Below, piece by piece: positions 1-7,588 of a stretch of DNA of 64,000 nt. The DNA comes from an uncultured delta proteobacterium (GTDB lineage Bacteria; Desulfobacterota; Desulfobaccia; Desulfobaccales; 0-14-0-80-60-11). Position 1 is the stretch's first letter. Every line of letters begins with the position of its first letter. A model generated the notes under the pieces. That model saw only the letters and a program-made list of their open reading frames with translations. It searched no databases and had not been told where the DNA came from. Location of the stretch: positions 11,555 through 75,554 of the forward strand of contig CAVPIX010000002.1 in NCBI GenBank assembly GCA_963705115.1, written 5' to 3'. The translations under genes and the position numbers were made by a program.

Positions 1-747
1 GCGGTTCAAGGCTTCCAGTTCCTCCCAGAGGCCCTGCAATTCCGGGTGGAGCTGCCATTCCGCCGGGCCGGTGGCGTACTGGGCACCCTCATTGATGAAC
101 CGGTACATGTAGACCTCGCAGGCCCGGTACTCCTGCTGATTTCTGGCCCAGCGGGTGAAATTGCCGGGGAAAATGCCGGCCACCCGCCAGCCCTTGCCGA
201 TTTTTAAGGTCTCCCCCTGGGTGATGGTGTGCCAGGTCTCCAGGAAGGTGGTCAGGTATTCCGCCCCCGAGGCCTGGCTCATCCAGGCCATCATGTCCCC
301 CAAAAGAGCCATGAGGCCCATTTGGCGATAATCGGGGCGGGTGCCGGCAAAGGACCATTCTATCTGGAGGTTCCGGTCGAATTTGGTCATGAGGGAGGCC
401 GCGGCCAGGACGCCCGTGGCCTTCTCCTCCGCCACCAGCATGCAGCAGGGTTTCCGGAACGCGTCCTCTTCCCAGGTCTCCAGGAGGGCCAGGCGGGCCT
501 CGTAGTCTTCCGGGAAGAGCATAAAATCATGGACGGAGCCGTAGAGTTCCGGATAGGCCTGGCGCCACAGTTCGGCCGCGTCCTCGAAATCCCCCCGCAG
601 CAGCAGGCGACCCGCAAAACGCCCGTCCCTGGTCTCCCAGGGCTGCGGCCTCATCCAGGACACCCTTTTGTCGCTGATGGGGCGCGTCCGGCAATGCTGC
701 CCCATGGGCCGGAAGGGGTGATACTGAGTCATGTCCAGAAACCGCAT
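1..747 (-). CDS. GNAT-like N-acetyltransferase-fold protein, partial (runs off left edge)
   Basis: Hand translation from ATG at 747 stays open to base 1 (MRFLDMTQY...IEWSFAGTRPDYRQMGLM...LWEELEALNR). TRPDYRQMGLM resembles the GNAT acetyl-CoA-binding motif. It is absent from the ORF track because no stop lies in the window. Confidence 0.6.
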   Translation of the reverse strand, partial: MRFLDMTQYHPFRPMGQHCRTRPISDKRVSWMRPQPWETRDGRFAGRLLLRGDFEDAAELWRQAYPELYGSVHDFMLFPEDYEARLALLETWEEDAFRKPCCMLVAEEKATGVLAAASLMTKFDRNLQIEWSFAGTRPDYRQMGLMALLGDMMAWMSQASGAEYLTTFLETWHTITQGETLKIGKGWRVAGIFPGNFTRWARNQQEYRACEVYMYRFINEGAQYATGPAEWQLHPELQGLWEELEALNR

Positions 748-881
748 AGCTCCCTCTCCATATCTCTGTGGATCAAGTTTTGTGAAAATTTTCTCGTATA
801 ACTCATCCCGATTTTTTGTCGTATCTGGTATTATGCGAAAGTTTCGCATGTTGTCAGCAAATTTTCCCCCGGAGGTCTCAT

Positions 882-1901
882 TTGTCTACCCGGTTTTTTA
901 GCGCCCTTGTCACCCTTGTTCTGGCTTTGACCTTTACCCTGGCCAGTTCCCCTGAAGCACCCGCGGCCCCCAAGAAAAAAAGCGGCAAAGCCGCGACCGA
1001 TGCCAAAAAAACCCAGGCAACCGAAGGGGAGCCCAAGGTCAAATACGATACCGGCGAGGACCCGGAATTTGCCAAAAAGAAAGGTTGGCCGGTGCAAGGC
1101 CCCGCGCCCCTGCCCGGCGCCATTTTGCCGGACAAGCGCATCGTGGCCTATTACGGCAACCCCCTGTCCAAGCGCATGGGGGCCCTGGGTGAGTATCCCA
1201 AGGACGAGATGCTGCGGCGCCTGAAGGTGGAGGTGGACAAGTGGGAGAAGGCCGATCCGACCCTGCCGGTGCAGCCCGCCCTGCACCTGGTGGCCGCGGT
1301 GGCCCAGGGCCTGCCCGGCAAGGACGGCAAATATTCCATGGTCATGCCGGACAAGGTGGTGAACGAAGTCTACGACTGGGCCAAGGAGAACAAAGCCATC
1401 CTCTTTGTGGACATCCAGTCCGGCCTGGGCAATATCCGGGACGTGCTGCCGCGCTTTGAGTGGCTGCTGAAAAATCCTGATGTGCATCTGGGGATCGACC
1501 CCGAATTCAATATGGGCAAAAGCGGCAAGCGGCCGGGGACCAAGATCGGCACCTATGACGCCGCGGACATCAACTATGCTTCAGGTTATCTGGCTGATCT
1601 GGTGAAAAAGTACAACCTGCCCCCCAAGGTCTTTATCGTGCACCGCTTCACCCGGGACATGGTCACCAATTCCAAGAATATCGCGCTGCGCCCCGAGGTG
1701 CAGATCGTCATGCACATGGACGGCTGGGGCGCGCCCTGGCTCAAGCGGGATTCCTACCGGGACTACATCATCGCCGAACCGGTGCAGTACACCGGCTTCA
1801 AGCTCTTTTACCACAATGACACCAAAAAGGGCGACCCCCTGATGACGCCCCAGGACCTGTTGCGGCTAGTGCCCCGGCCCATTTATATCCAGTATCAGTA
1901 G
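882..1901 (+). CDS. Exported conserved hypothetical protein
   Basis: The ORF track gives 816..1901; TTG at 882 follows GGAGG. A hydrophobic signal peptide and Lys/Ala-rich linker precede a globular domain (VAYYGNP, HLGIDPEF, MHMDGWG, GFKLFY). Codon usage is strongly coding-like. Confidence 0.75.
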   Translation: MSTRFFSALVTLVLALTFTLASSPEAPAAPKKKSGKAATDAKKTQATEGEPKVKYDTGEDPEFAKKKGWPVQGPAPLPGAILPDKRIVAYYGNPLSKRMGALGEYPKDEMLRRLKVEVDKWEKADPTLPVQPALHLVAAVAQGLPGKDGKYSMVMPDKVVNEVYDWAKENKAILFVDIQSGLGNIRDVLPRFEWLLKNPDVHLGIDPEFNMGKSGKRPGTKIGTYDAADINYASGYLADLVKKYNLPPKVFIVHRFTRDMVTNSKNIALRPEVQIVMHMDGWGAPWLKRDSYRDYIIAEPVQYTGFKLFYHNDTKKGDPLMTPQDLLRLVPRPIYIQYQ

Positions 1902-1987
1902 GGCGGTTTTCGGTTTTCGGGTTTCAGTTTCCGGTGAACAAAGGGGTGCATAAGGATTATCAGTAACGTCTCTACGGATGCCGCCCT

Positions 1988-2039
1988 GTAGGGGCACAAC
2001 TTGCTGCGCCCTGGTGGGCATGGCAAGGCAAGCCCCTGC
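1988..2039. repeat. REP-like palindromes (GTAGGGGC...GCCC family plus GGCATGGCAAG family)
   Basis: gtaggggcacaacttgctgcgccct; related copies at 13001, 22347 and 48963. Confidence 0.6.
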
Positions 2040-2074
2040 AGCACGAAATTACTATGGCTGCCGGTAGATGACGG

Positions 2075-2497
2075 TCAATAGAAAAACCACAACACGGTGA
2101 TAACACCCAGGGTGATGGCCGCATCCGCGAGATTGAACACGGGCCACCAGCCCAGATCCAGGAAGTCGGTCACCGCGCCGTGCCGGAGTTGATCATAGAC
2201 ATTGCTGGCCGCACCGCCCAGGGCCAGCCCCAGGCCGAGCTGGGCGGCGGGGCGCTGGAAGAAGCGGCCGTGCCAAACAATCAGGCAGATGCCGCCAAGC
2301 AGGGCCGCCAAAACCAGGAGCTGCAGCCGGGTTTGGCGGAACAGCGCCAGCCCCGGCGCGGGGGCCACCCGCCTGATGGTGAGCCAGGAGGTCACCGCCA
2401 CCGACTGCCCAACAGCCAAACCACGGCTCACCAGCATCTTGGTGACCCGGTCCAGGCCAAAAGACAAACCCGCCGCCACGAGCAGCCTGAGATACAT
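2075..2497 (-). CDS. lspA: Signal peptidase II (lipoprotein signal peptidase), divergent paralogue
   Basis: Motifs D-x-x-TK, GGAxxNxxD, GAVTDF and VFNLAD in a multi-TM pattern. Both catalytic Asp motifs are present. Confidence 0.85.
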   Translation of the reverse strand: MYLRLLVAAGLSFGLDRVTKMLVSRGLAVGQSVAVTSWLTIRRVAPAPGLALFRQTRLQLLVLAALLGGICLIVWHGRFFQRPAAQLGLGLALGGAASNVYDQLRHGAVTDFLDLGWWPVFNLADAAITLGVITVLWFFY

Positions 2498-2574
2498 CTT
2501 ATCTCCGCGCCTCAGTACGCTGTTTCAAAAATACAGTAACGTATTTGTGAACGACATGGGGCCAGTGAATTTTT

Positions 2575-2686
2575 CCCCCTCACCCTAACCCTCTCCCCCA
2601 TTGGGGGAGAGGGTTATTAAGAAGATCCTTGACAGGTAACACTCCCTCTCCACCCAGCGGGGGGAGAGGGCTGGGGTGAGGGGGGG
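2575..2686. repeat. Inverted pair of CCCTCACCC-x-x-CCCTCTCCC...GGGAGAGGG (BoxC-like) repeats
   Basis: Copies at 2575-2613 and, in opposite orientation, 2643-2686; a third copy at 12652-12694. Confidence 0.7.
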
Positions 2687-2905
2687 CCGGAATAAGAAAC
2701 GTTACCATATTAAGAAATCGTGTACTTAGGTTATCCCGAGTTTGAATCTTACTCGCAAAGCTTGTTGGTCATCCTGAGGGAAGCAAACGCCTATGCCAGA
2801 ATCGGGCCGACCGGGGGAGAAGAGCCCTGTCTCCGTTCCCCCTTGAACCAATCAGGTCTCTCTTCTCCCCGGCCTTCCCGGGTTACCCCGCGCCACATTC
2901 ATCTG

Positions 2906-3460
2906 TCAACCGGGGGGCCTCTCCCCGATCTGGGGCGGCCGCTCCGGTCTCGGGGGCTTTTCTTCGAAGGGCTCCGGCTTCCGGCAGGGCCGGTCCACGC
3001 ACGCCGGCTCCGGGGCCTTGGGCGGGCAGCAGGCCTCGACCTGTTTGCGCAGCGCCGCTTCCCGCTCCAGGGCCACCGCCGCGTCCCCGTGGGTGGCGGC
3101 GTAGAGATCGGCAAGCTGGCGGCCCGCGTCCTTGATCTCTTCCTGCAACCCGGTCTGGAGGTGGGCTTCATTACAGATGCAGCAGGTGTTCTGGGCAATC
3201 TGCTGCAACTGGCAAATCATGGTGTCATTCTGCTGGTTGTTGTGGAACAGGGCCTGGTTGGTGTACTGCGCCTGGGTGATGAGTTGCTGAAAGCCCCAGA
3301 GGAGCAGCTTCTGCACCAGTTCGATGTCCTTGTCGATGATATCCAGCTTTACTTCAATGGTGGACAGGTGGTTGTTGACCGTGTCCATCTTCCCGTTGAT
3401 TTGGTTCGTGTTGTCCCGCACAGCTTTAATGGCGTCATAAATTTCTTTTGCGGATGGCAT
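2906..3460 (-). CDS. Hypothetical protein: N-terminal coiled coil, Cys clusters, Pro-rich tail
   Basis: 184-aa ORF with RBS (aggagga). Asn-rich heptads, TCCICNE and ACCPP...ACVDRPC. No signal peptide. Confidence 0.8.
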   Translation of the reverse strand: MPSAKEIYDAIKAVRDNTNQINGKMDTVNNHLSTIEVKLDIIDKDIELVQKLLLWGFQQLITQAQYTNQALFHNNQQNDTMICQLQQIAQNTCCICNEAHLQTGLQEEIKDAGRQLADLYAATHGDAAVALEREAALRKQVEACCPPKAPEPACVDRPCRKPEPFEEKPPRPERPPQIGERPPG

Positions 3461-3487
3461 GGATATTTCCTCCTAGCTCGTGAGTAG

Positions 3488-4609
3488 TTATAGGTTGCCG
3501 CCAGCTAAAAAATGGGATTCCAATATGTTTCCAGGTACGACACTTTTATAGAGCGCCACCTCCTGGATTTTCCCCCGAAACGGATACAGACGCTGCGGGG
3601 GGGCCCCGATCACCGGAAACAGGTTGCTGCCCGCGCCGATGATGAATTCCCCCTTGCCGGCAGACGAGGCATCGTTGGGTTTAAAGGTAAAAGGGTTGAT
3701 GAGCAGGTTCAGGGCCGGCGACTCCAGAAGTGCGAGGTCCTCCTCGGTGTCGGGGTGATAGAGCCAGAGCTGTAGTTTTTGGGTTCCATCGTAGGTCAGG
3801 GCCAGATAGGTCCGGGTGAGCGGCGAGCGCCCGGGGTTGGCCACGGCCACTTGCTTATACTCGGAGCCGGTGCCCATCCACACCTGCCAGCACAGCGGCC
3901 CCAAGTGGGTGTTGATGTTTGCCGGTCCCAGGTAGAGGCCCCAACCGGTCTTCTTCTGGCCCAACCCTGTCGGACCGGTGGATTCCACCAGACAGAAATA
4001 AAATTGTTGGGCCCCAGGCCCGGTGTCGAACATGGTGGAATCGGGAGACACCCAGGCTTCCAGGGTGAAGGCCTGAGGGTTGAGGGCGTTGTCCCAGGGC
4101 ACCTGCACGAATCCCCCATCAAGTTGAAGGCAGGCGTAATTATTCTGGGGTGCAACGTCAAGCAGGCCGGGGGTAACTCCGGGAATGACGTCGCCGGCGG
4201 TTTTCGGCGAATGGCGCGCAAAATCCGGGGTATTGACCGGATTTAATTTGAAATGATACCCGTCATACTTGCTGGTGTCAGTCCACCATGGACCCGGGGT
4301 GGTCTTAGCCGTTTTGACCGCGCCAGCCGGTATGGGGTCCGAGGCCTTGAGCACCGTGGTCCCGGTCGGTTCCCCCAGCCGCCAGTAGGCCACCAGATTC
4401 TCGGTTCTGGTAATCCAGTTGCCGTAGGCGCCGTGGTCAGGCGGGGTTGGCGGCGGGGCTGGCGGGGTTGGCGTTGGCGGTGTCTGGGCTGACGGCGGTT
4501 CAGGGTCAGGAGCGGGTGAAGTGCCAAAGGGCTTACAGCCGACAAACCCGCACAACAGCAAGGCGACCAGCAGCGCCAGAGCTCCGATCAAGAAATACAA
4601 TACAATCAT
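3488..4609 (-). CDS. LamG/concanavalin A-like domain putative lipoprotein, copy 1
   Basis: Start at ATG 4609 (MIVLYFLIG...GFVGC, lipobox-like), then a Pro-rich linker and LamG hallmarks LVAYWRLGE, FTLEAWV, YLALTYDG, FIIGAG, FRGKIQEVALY. Confidence 0.8.
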   Translation of the reverse strand: MIVLYFLIGALALLVALLLCGFVGCKPFGTSPAPDPEPPSAQTPPTPTPPAPPPTPPDHGAYGNWITRTENLVAYWRLGEPTGTTVLKASDPIPAGAVKTAKTTPGPWWTDTSKYDGYHFKLNPVNTPDFARHSPKTAGDVIPGVTPGLLDVAPQNNYACLQLDGGFVQVPWDNALNPQAFTLEAWVSPDSTMFDTGPGAQQFYFCLVESTGPTGLGQKKTGWGLYLGPANINTHLGPLCWQVWMGTGSEYKQVAVANPGRSPLTRTYLALTYDGTQKLQLWLYHPDTEEDLALLESPALNLLINPFTFKPNDASSAGKGEFIIGAGSNLFPVIGAPPQRLYPFRGKIQEVALYKSVVPGNILESHFLAGGNL

Positions 4610-4731
4610 GCGAAGCCTCCTTTGGTGAAACTCATGCGGAACCCCCTTTTCACATTGGGTGGACCATAAAACTGATTTTTCAACCTTCTGCTCAGAAATC
4701 TTGAGCAGATATCTCCTCATAGGTAAGTAGT

Positions 4732-5810
4732 CTAGAGGTTCCCGCCAGCCATGAAATGTTGCCTCAGATCTAATTGCACCCCGGCATTATTCGGCGCCGA
4801 CAAATCCCTTTTATAGAGAGCCACCTCCTGAATTCTCCCCTTAAAGGGATAAAGACGCTGAGGGGGGACTCCCAGGACCGGAAACAGATTGCTGCCCGCA
4901 CCGATGAGGAATTCACCCTGCCCGTTGGGAGAAACGTCATTCGGCTGAAAAGTAAAGTTCGGCATGACTATATTCAGGTAGGGCACTTCCAGGGCGTCGA
5001 GATCCATTTCAACATAGGGGAAGTACACCCATAGTTGCAATTTATGAACTCCGTCGAACGTCAGCACCAGATATGTCAAACTGAGTTGTGAAATCACCTG
5101 GTTATTGGCATCCTTGAGATAATCCCATTTGCCGATGGCCACTTGATTGAAGGTATTGTTAAAAACCATCCAGACTTGCCAGACCAGCGAACCGGGATGG
5201 CCCGGGTCAGGCCCCAGGTATAGACCCCAACCGGTTTTCCGGGGGCCCAATCCCGAAGGTCCGGTGGACTCCGCCAGGCAATAGTAGTATTGCGTTTCCA
5301 AGCCGGGATCGGGAGAGACCCACGCTTCCAGGGAGAATTCTTGAGGGTTGAGATGATTGTCCCAGGGCGCCATCACGAACCCCCCATCAACGTAAATGCA
5401 CGGGAAGTCTTCTTGAGGTGGAACTTCGAGAAGCCCGGGGGTTACCCCGAGGGTGATGGTGCCGGTGGTTGGCGGCGACTGGCGCGCATAGTCCGGCGTC
5501 GTAACGGGATTTAATTTGAAGTAGTACCCATCAAACCCGCCGAAGGTGTCCTTGGCCGTTTTTTCTGCACCTGTCGGTATCGGCATCGAGGCCGGCAGGA
5601 CCGGTGCTGTTGCCGGTTCCCCGAGCCGCCAGTAGGCCACGAGATCCGGTGTGGCCTGGATCACTGCGGGGTAGTCATCCGGCGAGGGGGGCGTGGTGCC
5701 GGGGGGGGATCACGTTCAAGGCCAAAAACTACATCGCAGCCGACAAAGCCGAACAATAGCAGGGTGACGAGCACGGCCAGAGCGCCGATCAGGAAATACA
5801 GGGCGATCAT
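4732..5810 (-). pseudogene. LamG/concanavalin A-like putative lipoprotein, copy 2, frameshifted in a C8 tract (G8 at 5701-5708 on +)
   Basis: ATG 5810 gives MIALYFLIG...GFVGCDVVFGLERDPP and then leaves frame. Adding one C gives DPPPGTTPPSPDDYPAVIQATPDLVAYWRLGE, joining the 4732..5664 ORF, which is clearly paralogous to copy 1. Confidence 0.8.
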
Positions 5811-5888
5811 GGTTAGTCTCCTTCTCTGATCTGCGGATTCATATGGCTACCCGCCCCGCCTGCCGGCGCTGGCCGCTCTGACCACGGC

Positions 5889-6626
5889 TTACCGGGGCCA
5901 CATAAACCAAAAACCCGCCAGACAGACCGCGGCCAGGACCACGGCGATGGTACGGTGCAGGCTGAGCCTGCCAACGGTTTCGATGTCCTCCCGGGTGGAC
6001 TCGAGCCACCAGCGCCCCAGGGAGTAGGTCGACACGGTGTAAAGGAAGAGCGCCCCCTCAAACGGGAGCCGGTTCCAGAGTCCCACCAGGCCAAGATAGA
6101 TCAGCGCGGCCCAGCCGGCCTCCAGGAGCTGGGTGGGCACGCGACGGCGCCAGACACCCTGAAGGTTGGGGAGATACAGGGCCAAAGGACCCGAGGTCGG
6201 CCGCCCGGCGCAGCAGCCGTTTAAGAGACAGCCCATCTTGGTGAAGATCATGCCGACAAGCAGGGTGATGCTGGCCGCGTCCCAGAAAGGGCCGATGGGG
6301 ACCCTTAAGAAAGTAAGTAATGGCAGGGACAGGAGAAAAAAGAGGATCAGGCCGCCGTATAACGACGACCCGCCTTCCGACTGCCGCCAGATGCGGCGGG
6401 GCGCGTCACGGTAGGTGTGCCAGTGGGAAATGACGAACAGGAGTCTTGCGCCCACCAGGCCAAAGGGAAACAGAAGGAGCATGGCCAGGTAGACCCGGCC
6501 GGGATTGAGACCCTGCCGCCAGGCGCCGCAGGTGCCGGCGATGATGCCCAGGAGGGTGCCGCAGTAAAGCATGACCGGGTAGGAGTAGAGCTTAAGCCCG
6601 CGCCATTCAAAGAGAATCCGCCGCAC
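5889..6626 (-). CDS. lgt: Prolipoprotein diacylglyceryl transferase family protein, divergent paralogue
   Basis: Likely GTG start at 6626 after GGAGG. Motifs YSYPVM, GGSSLYGG, KMGCLLNGCCAG, PTQLLE and RWWLESTR align with Lgt; multi-TM. Confidence 0.85.
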   Translation of the reverse strand: MRRILFEWRGLKLYSYPVMLYCGTLLGIIAGTCGAWRQGLNPGRVYLAMLLLFPFGLVGARLLFVISHWHTYRDAPRRIWRQSEGGSSLYGGLILFFLLSLPLLTFLRVPIGPFWDAASITLLVGMIFTKMGCLLNGCCAGRPTSGPLALYLPNLQGVWRRRVPTQLLEAGWAALIYLGLVGLWNRLPFEGALFLYTVSTYSLGRWWLESTREDIETVGRLSLHRTIAVVLAAVCLAGFWFMWPR

Positions 6627-6814
6627 AATCCACCCTCCCTGGTGAAAAGACCAAGTTCCGGCCCGGCACGCCAACGTTGCTATCTTTAACTTAAGCTATT
6701 GTTGAGGGTGAGGAAGTCAAGCTCCCTCAGGGAGGAAAATTCGCGAGGGTTTAAAATTGGTTATTTTATACCAACCTCACTTTTATCTGCCGTTGTCGCC
6801 GCCGAAATTTTTGA

Positions 6815-7450
6815 TCAGTTCCCCTTTATGGGCTCGCCAGAGCGGGGCATAAGCAGGTTGGAAACAATCTCCGACAGTTGCTGAATAGCCTTTTCCATGG
6901 CCAGGGAAAATTGCATGGGGGCATAGGCCACAAAGCCGCTGGCATCCTTGGTGGAAGAGCCTTTGCCGCTGGCCGGCAACATTTGCAGGCTCCGCATGGA
7001 CTTGCCGTCCAGGATTTCCATGGTGATGGAAACTTCAGCCTGGGACTTGGCTTCCTGCCTCAAGTAACCGGGGATAAATTCCACCTGGAGCTTGGAGTCC
7101 TGAACATCAAAGGCGATAACCCGCTCGAATTCTCCCGGTCTCGGGGGCACCGTGACCACGGTCACCTGGGAGTAGGCCGCTTGCACGCTTTTCGTCAGCG
7201 CGGCCTGCAGGGCCGGACCCCAATTATAGGTATATTGGTGCTGGGCGCCATACCTGGTGTCGGGCCGCACCGCCACCTCATGGCGCACGAGTTTTGTGCT
7301 AAAATAAACTGCCGCGGGGGCCGAATTTTTCAGGGGCGTGGCCGCAGTGGGGGCAATCTCGGTGGTAACGGTTTTAAAATGTTGCTGTACACAGGCGGCC
7401 GGCAGCATGGCCCACAACATAAGAACAAGGAGAACCTTCCGCATGACCAT
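6815..7450 (-). CDS. Putative lipoprotein of unknown function
   Basis: MRK + hydrophobic stretch + LPAAC lipobox-like site; 211 aa. Confidence 0.7.
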   Translation of the reverse strand: MVMRKVLLVLMLWAMLPAACVQQHFKTVTTEIAPTAATPLKNSAPAAVYFSTKLVRHEVAVRPDTRYGAQHQYTYNWGPALQAALTKSVQAAYSQVTVVTVPPRPGEFERVIAFDVQDSKLQVEFIPGYLRQEAKSQAEVSITMEILDGKSMRSLQMLPASGKGSSTKDASGFVAYAPMQFSLAMEKAIQQLSEIVSNLLMPRSGEPIKGN

Positions 7451-7588
7451 CTCCTGAGACCGCGGCTCCCCCTGGTTGGGGAGAAGACGGCGCGGACTCT
7501 CATCCTGGGGTTGGCGAGATTATCGCACGGATTCGGAAGGCTGCCAAGATTCTAAGGCGCCGGCCTGACAGCCGGAAAGGAGTACGCC

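Noticed and set aside
6815-7450. Counting this lipoprotein as part of the lgt-lspA cassette
   Set aside because: It is co-oriented but has a conventional basic leader and a ~190-bp gap before lgt; membership cannot be supported without synteny data.
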